Below are positions 39,365-52,845 of a stretch of DNA of 64,000 bases, piece after piece. Position numbers and translations under genes: made by a program. The stretch is from Eledone cirrhosa (Eukaryota): NCBI GenBank assembly GCA_964016885.1, contig OZ024764.1:10974001-11038000 (forward strand), given 5' to 3'. Every line of letters starts with the position of its first letter. Position 1 is the stretch's first letter. The notes beneath the pieces were generated by a model, which ran no database searches, was not told the origin of the DNA, and saw nothing but the letters and a program-made list of their open reading frames with translations.

Positions 39365-40345
39365 TGAAGCTGCTACGTCTGGCAACTGACTTGGTAGACA
39401 CCCACAAAATTATTAACCATCTTGCCAACAACAACCCTGAGCACCTTTTTGATTTTCATGTGCCTAACACACGTGGACATACCTACTAAGTCAGAAAACA
39501 GCACAGCTCCTATGTTTTTCGGAAACATCTTTTCACGCTCAGAGTTGCTGAAGCATGGAACAGACTACCTGCATCAGTTGTTAACTGTCGAGACACTGCA
39601 TCCTTTAAAACCTCCATGGAACAAACTACCTGTATCAGTTGTTAGCTGTCGAGACACAGCATCCTTTAAAACCTCCATGGAACAAACTATCTGCATCAGT
39701 TGTTAGCAGTCGAGACACAGCATCCTTTAAAACCTCCATGGAACAAACTATCTGCATCAGTTGTTAGCAGTCGAGACACAGCATCCTTTAAAACCTCCAT
39801 GGAACAAACTACCTGTATCAGTTGTTAGCTGTCGAGACACAGCATCCTTTAAAACCTCCATGGAACAGACTACCTACATCAGTTGTTAGCTGTCGAGACA
39901 CAGCATCCTTTAAAACCTCCATGGAACAGACTACCTACATCAGTTGTTAGCTGTCGAGACACAGCATCCTTTAAAACCTCCATGGAACAGACTACCTGCA
40001 TCAGTTGTTAGCTGTCGAGACACAGCATCCTTTAAAACCTCCATGGAACAGACTACCTGCATCAGTTGTTAGCTGTCGAGACACAGCATCCTTTAAAACC
40101 TCCATGGAACAGACTACCTGCATCAGTTGTTAGCTGTCGAGACACAGCATCCTTTAAAACCCCCATGCTTCCTGAAATTCGCCAACACTACACCTGATAT
40201 TCCCCTTCCATACACACGCACACATGTATATCATGACTCATACACTGTTCACTTTCATGACATTTGTACATTACTCTATGTACTGTACATTCACCTTTGA
40301 TGAGTTGTAGTGCACCTGAGCACTGTACACAGTAATTTCATTAAT
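39365..40345 (+). mobile_element. CR1/L2-clade LINE 3' end containing a 61-bp x10 tandem expansion (39554-40163)
   Basis: NTRGH...FRKHLFTLRVAEAWNRLPASVV motif; single-unit copy at 49760-50016(-). Confidence 0.85.
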
Positions 40346-40955
40346 ATTACTATATAGACACCCATGACCCTTCAGGTCACATTCACATCAAAATATTTTT
40401 TTTAAATCATGTTCACTTAAAAATAATTTTTAAATAATAGAAATATACACAGACATGTATATAATGTGAAATGAAATTGGAAGGTCCATATATATATACG
40501 TGTCATCATCATTTTCATCATCATTTCATTTTACGTCCACTTTTCCCTGCTTGCAAGGGTGGGACGGGAACTGATTCTGGCTTGATTTCTACAGCTGGAT
40601 GCCCTTCCTAACACCAACCTCATTTACAGTGAGTGCTGGGTGCTTTTTTGCCGTGGCACCTACACGTCCACTTTGCAGTGGAATGATAGGGACACGAGTC
40701 CCTATCATCTCATTTCTACAGCTGAGTAAACTGGAGCAATGTGAAATGAAGTGTCTTGCTCAAGGAAACAACACATCACCCGGTCTGAGAATTGAACTCA
40801 CAACCTTTCGATTGCAAGGCCAATGCTCTAACCACTAAGCCATGTGCCTCCATCGTGTGTGTATGTATATATATAAATGTGTGTATGTGTATATATATAT
40901 ATGTGTAGATGTCTGTGATCTATATACGCTGGTCATAGGCACTCACACATACAGA

Positions 40956-41340
40956 CAGGGTGCGGACGATATCTGTTCGCAAGATTACTGTCTAGGAAAA
41001 AATAACACAGTATTTTTTAAGATATATTTATCAAACTTGGGTCAGTTTGTCTTCATGACTTGTTCTTTCGATCTCACTCAATGAACCCACCATTGGCTTT
41101 GATGATGGCCTCGTAACCGGCTACAGGCCTTCGTCACTGTCCCCCGACTTAGGCCCCTAGGGCACTCATGATCCTGGCCTTCAGATCGTCTTTTGTATTG
41201 CAGCTAGATCTGTTGGTGTCTCGGTCCACTGTGCCCCACACAAACAAGTCGAGGGCGTTGCAGTCAGGCGAGCTGGGAGGCCAGATGTCAGGTGAAGTGT
41301 GGTCAACGAAGTTATCTGACATTCTCCTGCTGACGCTGGA
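40956..41340 (-). mobile_element. Tc1/mariner-superfamily transposase C-terminal fragment and TIR
   Basis: PDIWPPSSPDCNALDLFVWG...EAIIKANGGFIE* (frameshifted; stop at 41074); CAGGGTG end at 40956. Confidence 0.85.
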
Positions 41341-42180
41341 AATATAGTCACTGTTTTTATGAAGACAAGAGTACTCAGTAACAGAGAAGACCCGCCTTAC
41401 CTAAATACATAGTAAAACCTACTACAGCCAGTAGGCATCTCTAACAAAATACCCCCCACCCCATCCACACCACCCCGTTCTATGTAAAGTTATGTTGGTG
41501 CCACACCATCCAGGCCGAAACAAATGAGATCGTGTAGGTGTCACGACAATAAAAACACACAGTCCATGCTGTAATGTGGCCGTGTAGGCAACACGGTAAA
41601 AACCTCCCAGACCCACACTGTAAATGTGGTTGGTGTTAGGAAGGGCATCCAACTGTAGAAAACCTGCCAGACAGTCCTATGCGAGCAACACAATCACTCT
41701 TGCCTCAAGTGGGACTACCCCCGTCCAAACCCATGCAAGCGTGGAACACGGACGTTAAACGTTGATGATGATGATGAAGAGTGACAACGGAAGTAAAAAA
41801 AATTTGCATAAAATTAGCAGTTGAAAATTGCGAACAGATGTCGTCCGCACCCCACCCTGTATATATATATATATACACACACACAACAACACTGCCAGCT
41901 CTCTTCCATTGTCCTCTCTCTCCTCTCCTCCTCTTTATGTCTCCCTTTTAATCTACTCTGTCACAACCACTATGTCTTTCTCTCTATGTTTCTCTCTCTC
42001 TCTGTTTATGAGAGTACCCAGAAAAACCCCCTCCTTTGATTTATGTGAAACTTGTTTTATTCCATTTGTATTCCCATTTCAGGGTCAACTTCCTTTCAAA
42101 GTATTTTCCCATTATGCACCCCTTTTGGCTGTATTACATTACAGACAAGCAAGCAAGCAGTCACAGAGTTTTAGTAGTAT

Positions 42181-42327
42181 ACTAGCAGAATGGCCCGGCG
42201 TTGCTTGGGATTTGCTCTAGGGTTCTTATATATTTGATATATATTTATCCTTATCGAGCCTCGTGAAATAAATACGTTTATTTATATTTTGTTATTGTGT
42301 ATGCAAAAATATCTGTACATGAATATA

Positions 42328-42380
<53 letters not shown>

Positions 42381-42564
42381 CAGTACAGAGAAGTACGAAA
42401 TACCTTGGCCAGGATGGTGTCTACATTTTGTGCTTATAAAAAAAATTTGTCGTAGATTACCAGGAGTTTTTTCCGTGCGAAGAAAATCAATACTTTATCG
42501 CGAAATAAATAGTTTTGTTTATATTTTGTTACTGTGTATGCAAAAATATCTGTACACGAATATA

Positions 42565-42605
<41 letters not shown>

Positions 42606-42712
42606 CAGATTAAAGTTTAAGCAAAGAATTGTTGCGTTCACCCTTAACGGGATCTTGTGAAACTAAAATAAAAAAATCAATCTGTGAACGCAAAAGTAAA
42701 TATTTCGATACA

Positions 42713-42752
<40 letters not shown>

Positions 42753-43020
42753 TATACATACACACACACACACCGCGTCATAATGATGTAATGCAGACAG
42801 CCAGGCATACAGACAGATATAAGGGTGCAACGTAATATCTATGTATCTATCTAAAAAGAGAAAGAGATCGCTAAATTGCCTAATGCAGTCCCTAGGGCAT
42901 TGAAAATTTGAAATTTTTTTTGCTCAGAACACTCAATAGGACCATAAGTATTACATGTGTAAAGTTTGAAAACAATCGGTTGGGTGGTTCTCGAGTTTTA
43001 GGGATTGTACAGACAGACAA
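42181..43020 (+). mobile_element. Possible non-autonomous Helitron/Helentron-like element (related start at 29318)
   Basis: ACTAG...CCCGGCGTTGCTTGGG hairpin start; aaagtttgaaaacaatcgg...acagacagaca end; family resemblance recalled from memory. Confidence 0.4.
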
Positions 43021-43243
43021 CATCAGTAACAACAATAATGACATCACTAACAGCAACAATTATAAATATATGAGGAAGCTACTATGTGGTTGCTGGATAA
43101 GCTAAAAACAGCAGTGAAGATCTCCTTCACATAAGAAAGAAAATGATATTGTTGTCGTAGATAAAAAAATAAACAGGATGGTCAGAGTTGGAACGTCTTT
43201 AGTCACAGGACTTTCTCAATCACAGATGGTGTATAATCAACCA

Positions 43244-43607
43244 TTACTACTACTACTACTACTACTACTATAGCTGCTACTGTTACTACTACTACCATCA
43301 CTACTACTGCTGCTGCTACTGCTACTACTACTATTACTACTATGGCTACCACCACCACCACTACTACTACTACTACCATCATCACCAACACTACTACTAC
43401 TACCATCATCACCAACACTACTACTACTACCATCACCATGACCACTACTACTACTACTACTACTACCATCACCACCACCACCTCTAGCACTACTACTACT
43501 ACCACCACCACTACTAATACTACTACCACCACCACTACTAATACTACTACCATCACCATCAGCACTACTACTACTACCACCACCACCACTACTACTACCA
43601 CCACCAT
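43244..43607. repeat. (ACT/ACC/ATC)n trinucleotide tract
   Basis: Visible directly. Confidence 0.9.
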
Positions 43608-43635
43608 AACAACAAGAACAACACAAAATACTTAC

Positions 43636-43793
43636 CCTCCTGAAATACGACCTTTGTATCCTTATCAGAATAGTAGATTGAAGGGAAGGGGCGTGTTTGT
43701 TCCCACTCACAATAGGGGGTACTTTCCTTGAGAACCAACCAACCTTCATCTGTGTTACAAATCTTTGGATTTGCAATATAGAAACGGCGAAAA
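43636..43793 (-). CDS. Secreted-protein gene, coding exon 4 (FRRFYIANPKICNTDEGWLVLKESTPYCEWEQTRPFPSIYYSDKDTKVVFQE)
   Basis: ttttcaatAG acceptor, GTAAGT donor, 158 nt, phase 2 to phase 1. Confidence 0.85.
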
Positions 43794-43818
43794 CTATTGA
43801 AAAAGCAGAGAGAAGATA

Positions 43819-45384
43819 CAAGATGGTTAGCTTTCTGTTTTATGAAGGGTCTAAGGTGTAGGAAATGTGTTTGGATGGGCATGGATGGATTAGATGTAAC
43901 CAAGATGGTTAGCTTTCTGTTTTATGAAGGGTCTAAGGTGTAGGAAATGTGTTTGGATGGGCATGGATGGATTAGATGTAACCAAGATTGCTAGCTTTCT
44001 GTTTTATGAAGGGTCTAAGGTGTAGAAAATGTGTTTGGATGGGCATGGATGGATTAGATGTAACCAAGATTGCTAGCTTTCTGTTTTATGAAGGGTCTAA
44101 GGTGTAGAAAATGTGTTTGGATGGGCATGGATGGATTAGATGTAACCAAGATTGCTAGCTTTCTGTTTTATGAAGGGTCTAAGGTGTAGAAAATGTGTTT
44201 GGATGGGCATGGAAGGATTAGATGTAACCAAGATTGCTAGCTTTCTGTTTTATGAAGGGTCTAAGGTGTAGAAAATGTGTTTGGATGGGCATGGATGGAT
44301 TAGATGTAACCAAGATTGCTAGCTTTCTGTTTTATGAAGGGTCTAAGGTGTAGAAAATGTGTTTGGATGGGCATGGATGGATTAGATGTAACCAAGATGG
44401 TTAGTTTTCTGTTTTATGAAGAGTCTAAGGTGTAGGAAATGTGTTTGGATGGGCATGGATGGATTAGATGTAACCAAGATGGTTAGCTTTCTGTTTTATG
44501 AAGGGTCTAAGGTGTAGAAAATGTGTTTGGATGGGCATGGATGGATTAGATGTAACCAAGATGGTTAGCTTTCTGTTTTATGAAGAGTCTAAGGTGTAGG
44601 AAATGTGTTTGGATGGGCATGGATGGATTAGATGTAACCAAGATGGTTAGCTTTCTGTTTTATGAAGGGTCTAAGGTGTAGAAAATGTGTTTGGATGGGC
44701 ATGGATGGATTAGATGTCACCAAGATGGCTAGCTTTCTGTTTTATGAAGGGTCTAAGGTGTAGAAAATGTGTTTGGATGGGCATGGATGGATTAGATGTA
44801 ACCAAGATGGCTAGCTTTCTGTTTTATGAAGGGTCTAAGGTGTAGAAAATGTGTTTGGATGGGCATGGATGGATTAGATGTAACCAAGATGGCTAGCTTT
44901 CTGTTTTATGAAGGGTCTAAGGTGTAGAAAATGTGTTTGGATGGGCATGGATGGATTAGATGTCACCAAGATGGCTAGCTTTCTGTTTTATGAAGGGTCT
45001 AAGGTGTAGAAAATGTGTTTGGATGGGCATGGATGGATTAGATGTCACCAAGATGGCTAGCTTTCTGTTTTATGAAGGGTCTAAGGTGTAGAAAATGTGT
45101 TTGGATGGGCATGGATGGATTAGATGTAACCAAGATGGCTAGCTTTCTGTTTTATGAAGAGTCTAAGGTGTAGGAAATGTGTTTGGATGGGCATGGATGG
45201 ATTAGATGTAACCAAGATGGTTGGATTTCTGTTTTATGAAGAGTCTAAGGTGTAGAAAATGTGTTTGGATGGGCATGGATGGATTTGATGTAACCAAGAT
45301 GGTTAGCTTTCTGTTTTATGAAGAGTCTAAGGTGTAGAAAATGTGTTTGGATGGGCATGGATGGATTAGATGCAACCAAGATGG
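43819..45384. repeat. 82-bp minisatellite, 19 copies, intronic, abutting an RTE fragment (45385-45460, -)
   Basis: caagatgg starts at 43819, 43901 ... 45377; flank translates ILLYGSEAQTL...LDGTYT. Confidence 0.95.
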
Positions 45385-45536
45385 CAGTGTAAGTGCCATC
45401 AAGGTGCTTTTGTTGTTTGGATAAAAGCGTTTGTGCTTCACTTCCATATAGCAAAATATATTAGGGTTGGGGTCAGTTTATATTTAGGTATGTATGGTAA
45501 ATAATGAAATAATATGAAGTTATAATAATCTCATAC

Positions 45537-45694
45537 TATTTTCCTCTAATTGAGAACACTCCAGCATTATGTAGATCTTTCCATGGAGAACTTTTCAGAT
45601 TTTTAAGAGAGAACCAGCTATGAAGTGTTGTATTTCGTCCATTAAATAACATATTTACCACAGCTGTTTTGTTTTTGTAAAGTACCAATTTCAC
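45537..45694 (-). CDS. Secreted-protein gene, coding exon 3 (VKLVLYKNKTAVVNMLFNG...WFSLKNLKSSPWKDL...FSIRGK)
   Basis: tttgtttcAG acceptor, GTATGA donor, 158 nt, phase 0 to phase 2. Confidence 0.85.
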
Positions 45695-45964
45695 CTGAAA
45701 CAAATAACAATATATGATTCCAAGCATAAGAGTATTTCAGTTCAGTATTTGTGCCAACTTTTATATTGGGTAATGACCGAATAGAAGGTGGCTAAAATGG
45801 GGCTCCTCTGAAGGCTCTTTGAAGTAACGTTACTCAGTAGAGTGCGTAACTTTGAGACCCGAGAGTGATTCCACTTAGAGCCACTACTCCTCTGAATAGA
45901 TCCAGCTTATATATACCCAAGCTGAAATTCTGGCTTAAGTTTAACGTGTATATATATATATAGT

Positions 45965-46177
45965 GAAGGCGTGTGGCTGAGTGGTTAGAGAATTGGATTC
46001 ACAATTTTGAGGTTGTGAGTTCGATTCCTGGACCAGGCGATGCATTATGTCCTTGAGCAAGACACTTTATTTCACGTTGCTCCTTCTACCTGGAGTTGCG
46101 ACCGATAGATAGTACTAGCAACTGGAAAGACCAATGGAAACATTGTTTCCTCGGTCCGATTTGATGAAAGTCGATCG
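45965..46177 (+). mobile_element. tRNA/CORE-like SINE (inverse copy at 35228-35440)
   Basis: A box tggctgagtgg, B box gagttcgattcc. Confidence 0.8.
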
Positions 46178-46224
<47 letters not shown>

Positions 46225-46482
46225 CTCGTGGAGGTGCCACGGCAAAAAAGCACCCAGCCCACACTGTAAAGTGGACGTGTAGGCGCCACGAAAAAGCACC
46301 CAGCACTCGCTGTAAATGAGGTTGGAGTTAGGAAGGGCATCCAGCTGTAGAAATCAAGCCAAATCAGTTCCTGTATGAGCAAGGCATGGTCAGCTGACCA
46401 GACACTGCCCACAACAGGACAACCCGTTTAACCCATGCTAGCATGGAAGAACGGACGTAAAACGGTGATGATGATGATGATA

Positions 46483-46756
46483 CAATATATTAATAAATGG
46501 AAACTATATTTATAAAACCATATTTATTTTATTATACATATTTCAAGGGCAACCAAGGCAAATTATGGTGCACTTTCATCAGATAAAATACAGATTAAGG
46601 TATTTTTTTTTTCCGGGTATGTCAATATTTATTTATAAAACAAATCTGTATTTTATCTGATGAAAGCGCACCATAATTTGCCTTGGTTGCCCTTGAAATA
46701 TGTATAATAAAATAAATATGGTTTTATAAATATAGTTTCCATTTATTAATATATTG
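46483..46756. ncRNA. Inverted repeat with two complete hammerhead motifs (46525-46590 -, 46649-46714 +)
   Basis: TATTTTAT-CTGATGA-AAG...CTT-GAAAT-atgt-ATA/ATAAAATA on both arms. Confidence 0.75.
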
Positions 46757-46862
46757 TATTGTTATACTTTGGGAGGGTCATGTTGCCAATATTGTATATT
46801 TACTCCACTAATTGTTGAGTGCTTTATATCAGTTATAAAAATTTTTAAATTAAATATAACCT

Positions 46863-46864
<2 letters not shown>

Positions 46865-46894
<30 letters not shown>

Positions 46895-49800
46895 GTGTGT
46901 GTGTTTATATGTGTTTGTGTATGTAAATATATATATATTTGTGTGTGTGTGTGTGTTTATATGTGTTTGTGTATGTAAATATATATATATTTGTGTGTGT
47001 GTGTGTGTGTTTATATGTGTTTGTGTATGTAAATATATATATATATTTGTGTGTGTGTGTGTGTGTTTATATGCGTTTGTATATGTAAATATATATATAT
47101 TTGTGTGTGTGTGTGTGTGTTTATATGCGTTTGTGTATGTAAATATATATATATTTGTGTGTGTGTGTGTGTGTTTATATGGGTTTGTGTATGTAAATAT
47201 ATATATATTTGTGTGTGTGTGTGTGTGTTTATATGTGTTTGTGTATGTAAATATATATATATTTGTGTGTGTGTGTGTGTTTATATGTGTTTGTGTATGT
47301 AAATATATATATATTTGTGTGTGTGTGTGTGTGTTTATATGTGTTTGTGTATGTAAATATTATTTCTGTGTGTGTGTGTGTTTATATGCATTTGTGTATG
47401 TAAATATATATATATATTTGTGTGTGTGTGTTTATGTGTTTGTGTATGTAAATATATATATATTTGTGTGTGTGTGTGTGTTTATATGTGTTTGTGTATG
47501 TAAATATATATATATTTGTGTGTGTGTGTGTGTTTATATGTGTTTGTGTATGTAAATATATATATATTTGTGTGTGTGTGTTTATATGCGTTTGTGTATG
47601 TAAATATATATATATTTGTGTGTGTGTGTGTGTTTATATGTGTTTGTGTATGTAAATATATATTTGTGTGTGTGTTTATGTGTTTGTATATGTAAATATA
47701 TATATATTTGTGTGTGTGTGTTTATATGTGTTTGTGTATGTAAATATATATATATTTGTGTGTGTGTGTGTGTGTTTATGTGTTTGTATATGTAAATATA
47801 TATATATTTGTGTGTGTGTGTTTATATGTGTTTGTGTATGTAAATATATATATATTTGTGTGTGTGTGTTTATATGCGTTTGTGTATGTAAATATATATA
47901 TACTTGTGTGTGTGTGTGTTTATGTGTTTGTATATGTAAATATATATATATTTGTGTGTGTGTGTGTTTATATGTGTTTGTGTATGTAAATATATATATA
48001 TTTGTGTGTGTGTTTATATGTGTTTGTGTATGTAAATATATATATATATATGTGTGTGTGTGTGTTTGAGTAGGTAAATATATATATATATATATATTTG
48101 TGTGTGTGTGTGTTTATATGTGTTTGTGTATGTAAATATATATATATTTGTGTGTGTGTTTATATGTGTTTGTGTATGTAAATATATATATAGTTGTGTG
48201 TGTGTGTGTTTGTGTATGTAAGTATATATATATTTGTGTGTGTGTGTGTTTATATGTGTTTGTGTATGTAAATATATATATATTTATGTGTGTGTGTGTT
48301 TATATGTGTTTGTGTATGTAAATATATATATATTTGTGTGTGTGTGTGTGTGTTTATATGTGTTTGTGTATGTAAATATATATATATTTATGTGTGTGTG
48401 TGTTTATATGTGTTTGTGTATGTAAATATATATTTGTGTGTGTGTGTGTTTATGTGTTTGTATATGTAAATATATATATATTTGTGTGTGTGTGTGTGTG
48501 TTTATATGTGTTTGTGTATGTAAATATATATATAGTTGTGTGTGTGTGTGTTTGTGTATGTAAGTATATATATATTTGTGTGTGTGTGTGTGTGTTTATA
48601 TGTGTTTGTGTATGTAAATATATATATATTTATGTGTGTGTGTGTTTATATGTGTTTGTGTATGTAAATATATATATATTTGTGTGTGTGTGTGTATGTT
48701 TATATGTGTTTGTGTATGTAAATATATATATATTTGTGTGTGTGTGTGTGTTTATATGTGTTTGTGTATGTAAATATATATATATTTGTGTGTGTGTGTG
48801 TTTGTGTATGTAAGTATATATATATTTGTGTGTGTGTGTGTGTGTGTTTATATGTGTTTGTGTATGTAAATATATATATATTTATGTGTGTGTGTGTTTA
48901 TATATGTTTGTGTATGTAAATATATATATATTTGTGTGTGTGTGTGTGTGTTTATATGTGTTTGTGTATATAAATATATATATATTTATGTGTGTGTGTG
49001 TTTATATGTGTTTGTGTATGTAAATATATATTTGTGTGTGTGTGTGTTTATGTGTTTGTATATGTAAATATATATATATTTGTGTGTGTGTGTGTGTTTA
49101 TATGTGTTTGTGTATGTAAATATATATATAGTTGTGTGTGTGTGTGTTTGTGTATGTAAGTATATATATATTTGTGTGTGTGTGTGTGTGTTTATATGTG
49201 TTTGTGTATGTAAATATATATATATTTGTGTGTGTGTGTGTGTGTTTATGTGTTTGTATATGTAAATATATATATATTTGTGTGTGTGTGTTTATATGTG
49301 TTTGTGTATGTAAATATATATATATTTGTGTGTGTGTGTTTATATGCGTTTGTGTATGTAAATATATATATACTTGTGTGTGTGTGTGTTTATGTGTTTG
49401 TATATGTAAATATATATATATTTGTGTGTGTGTGTGTTTATGTGTTTGTGTATGTAAATATATATATATTTGTGTGTGTGTTTATATGTGTTTGTGTATG
49501 TAAATATATATATATATATGTGTGTGTGTGTGTTTGAGTAGGTAAATATATATATATATATATATTTGTGTGTGTGTGTGTTTATATGTGTTTGTGTATG
49601 TAAATATATATATATTTGTGTGTGTGTGTGTATGTTTATATGTGTTTGTGTATGTAAATATATATATATTTGTGTGTGTGTGTGTGTTTATATGTGATTG
49701 TGTATGTAAATATATATATATTTGTGTGTGTGTGTGTTTGTGTATGTAAATATATAAAAATAATAATAATAATGAAATTATTGTGTAAAGTGCTCAGGTG

Positions 49801-50773
49801 CACTACAACTCGTCAATATAGTACATAGAATAATACACAAATGCCAGGGAAGTACATGTTTGTATGTGTTAGCTGTAGTGTTGGCGGATCTCGGGAAGCA
49901 TGGAGGCCTTAAAGGATGCAGCGTCTCGACAGCTAACAACTGATGCAGGTAGTTTGTTCCATGCTTCAGCAACTCTGAGCGTGAAAAAATGTTTCCGAAA
50001 GTCATGGGAACTGTGTTGTGTGTGTGTGTGTGTGTTTATATGTGTTTGTGTATGTAAATATATATATATTTATGTGTGTGTGTGTTTATATGTGTTTGTG
50101 TATGTAAATATATATATATTTGTGTGTGTGTGTGTATGTTTATATGTGTTTGTGTATGTAAATATATATATATTTGTGTGTGTGTGTGTGTGTTTATATG
50201 TGTTTGTGTATGTAAATATATATATATTTGTGTGTGTGTGTGTTTATATGTGTTTGTGTATGTAAATATATATTTGTGTGTGTGTGTGTTTATGTGTTTG
50301 TATATGTAAATATATATATATTTGTGTGTGTGTGTGTGTGTTTATATGTGTTTGTGTATGTAAATATATATATATTTGTGTGTGTGTGTGTTTATATGTG
50401 TTTGTGTATGTAAATATATATATATTTGTGTGTGTGTGTGTATGTTTATATGTGTTTGTGTATGTAAATATATATATATTTGTGTGTGTGTGTGTGTGTT
50501 TATATGTGTTTGTGTATGTAAATATATATTTGTGTGTGTGTGTGTTTATGTGTTTGTATATGTAAATATATATATATTTGTGTGTGTATGTTTATATGTG
50601 TTTGTGTATGTAAATATATATATATTTGTGTGTGTGTGTGTGTGTTTATATGTGTTTGTGTATGTAAATATATATATATATATTTGTGTGTGTGTGTGTG
50701 TTTATATGTGTTTGTGTATGTAAATATATATATATTTATGTGTGTGTGTGTTTATATGTGTTTGTGTATGTAA

Positions 50774-50805
<32 letters not shown>

Positions 50806-51507
50806 TTATATGTGTTTGTGTATGTAAATATATATATATTTATGTGTGTGTGTGTGTTTATATGTGTTTGTGTATGTAAATATATATATAGTTGTGTGTG
50901 TGTGTGTTTGTGTATGTAAGTATATATATATTTGTGTGTGTGTGTGTATGTTTATATGTGTTTGTGTATGTAAATATATATATATTTGTGTGTGTGTGTG
51001 TGTGTGTTTATATGTGTTTGTGTATGTAAATATATATATATTTGTGTGTGTGTGTGTTTGTGTATATAAGTATATATATATTTGTGTGTGTGTGTGTTTA
51101 TATGTGTTTGTGTATGTAAATATATATATATTTATGTGTGTGTGTGTTTATATGTGTTTGTGTATGTAAATATATATATATTTATGTGTGTGTGTGTTTA
51201 TATGTGTTTGTGTATGTAAATATATATATATTTGTGTGTGTGTGTGTTTATATGTGTTTGTGTATGTAAATATATATTTGTGTGTGTGTGTGTGTTTATA
51301 TGTGTTTGTGTATGTAAATATATATTTGTGTGTGTGTGTGTTTATGTGTTTGTATATGTAAATATATATATATTTGTGTGTGTGTGTGTGTGTTTATATG
51401 TGTTTGTGTATGTAAATATATATATATATATTTGTGTGTGTGTGTGTGTGTGTGTGTTTATATGTGTTTGTGTATGTAAATATATAAATATATATATATT
51501 TGTGTGT
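46865..51507. repeat. ~4.6-kb compound (TA)/(TG) satellite (~50-bp units), intronic, interrupted by a CR1-like insertion
   Basis: Unit ttt(gt)n ttatatgtgtttgtgtatgtaaa(ta)n. Confidence 0.95.
49760..50016 (-). mobile_element. 5'-truncated CR1/L2-clade LINE 3' end
   Basis: HDFRKHFFTLRVAEAWNKLPASVVSC followed by an (ATT)n tail. Confidence 0.85.
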
Positions 51508-51517
51508 CTATACCTAC

Positions 51518-51696
51518 CTCCTCAATTGGAAGTTTTTCCCAGATGTCAAGGATAGGATGTCGGAATAATTTAGTACAGCTGTCATCTTTGCATCCGTTCA
51601 AATTCCAATCTGAAGGACTTCCAACCTTGGCAAAGGGTCCATAAATTTTGGCGCCAGTTCCTGCTGATACGACAAAGGTTTTGATCCATTTGCTAT
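51518..51696 (-). CDS. Secreted-protein gene, coding exon 2 (SKWIKTFVVSAGTGAKIYG...FRHPILDIWEKLPIEE)
   Basis: tatttcAG acceptor, GTAGGT donor, 179 nt, phase 1 to phase 0. Confidence 0.85.
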
Positions 51697-51700
51697 CTGA

Positions 51701-52300
51701 AATAATAATAATAATTGTTTCTACTTTAGGCACAAGGTCAGTAATTGGGGGGGGAGCGGAAAGTCAATTAAATTGACCCCAATACGTGACTGGTACGTTA
51801 TTTTATTGACTTTATTTTATCGACTCTGTAAGGATGAAAGGCAAAGTCATCCTCGGCAGGATTGGAACTCAGACCGTAAAGGGCCGTAACTCTATGCTGC
51901 AAAGCATGGCGTCTGACGCTCTACCGATACTGCCAATCCACCGCCCAAAGTAATAATAATAATTGTTTCTATTTTTTGGCACAAGGCCAGCAATTACCCA
52001 GTGCATAACTGGTACTTTATTTTATCGACCTCGTAAGGATGAAAGGCAAAGTCATCCTCGGCAGGATTGGAACTCAGACCGTAAAGGGCCGTAACTCTAT
52101 GCTGCAAAGCATGGCGTATGACGCTCAACCGATACTGCCAAACCACCGCCCAAAGTAATAATAATAATAATGGTTTCTTATATAGGCACAAGGCCATCAA
52201 TTTTGGGGGAGGGGAAAGTCAATTAAATCGACCCCAGTGCGTGACTGGTACATTACTTTATCAACCCTGTAAGGATGAAAGGCAAAGTTAACCTCGGCGG
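51701..52300 (-). mobile_element. Head-to-tail stack of three family-A SINEs ending at the exon-2 acceptor
   Basis: Units separated by (AAT)n. Confidence 0.85.
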
Positions 52301-52442
52301 GATATAATGAGAAGAAGAATAGGAAGCAGCAGCAAAAGCCTGCATCTAAGATAGGATTTGCCTGTTTTGATATAAATTACATAAGGTAGTAGCGTTTGTC
52401 ATGAAGAAGATAAGCTCTATAATATTTATTTTTATATTGTAA

Positions 52443-52845
52443 AGGCGCATCGCTTAGTGGTTAGAGCATTGGGCTTGCAATCGAAAGGTTGTGAGTTCAA
52501 TTCTCAGACCGGGTGATGTGTTGTTTCCTTGAGCAAGACACTTTATTTCACATTGCTCCAGTTTACTCAGCTGTAGAAATGAGATGATAGGGACTGGTGT
52601 CCCTATCATTCCACTGCAAAGTGGTTGTGGAGGTGCCACGGCAAAAAAAGCACCCAGCACTCACTGTAAATGAGGTTGGTGTTAGGAAGAGCATCCAGCT
52701 GTAGAAATTAAGCCAGAATCAGTTTCCGTATGAGCAAGACAAGGTCAGCCGACCAGACACTGCCCACAACAGGACAACCCGTCTAACCCATGCTAGCGTG
52801 GAAGAACGGACGTAAAAACGGTGATGATGATGATGATGATGATGT
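52443..52845 (+). mobile_element. Full-length composite SINE with (TGA)n tail
   Basis: A/B boxes, CORE-like segment, 48-bp segment and RTE-type tail. Confidence 0.85.

Noticed and set aside
43203-43731. Poly-Thr mucin-like, poly-Ser and poly-Val ORFs
   Set aside because: Trinucleotide microsatellite in the intron after a strong GTAAGT donor at 43635.
43819-43830. caagatggttag shared by the 82-bp array and the 98-bp ZNF 3' repeat
   Set aside because: Only 12 nt, with no further similarity.
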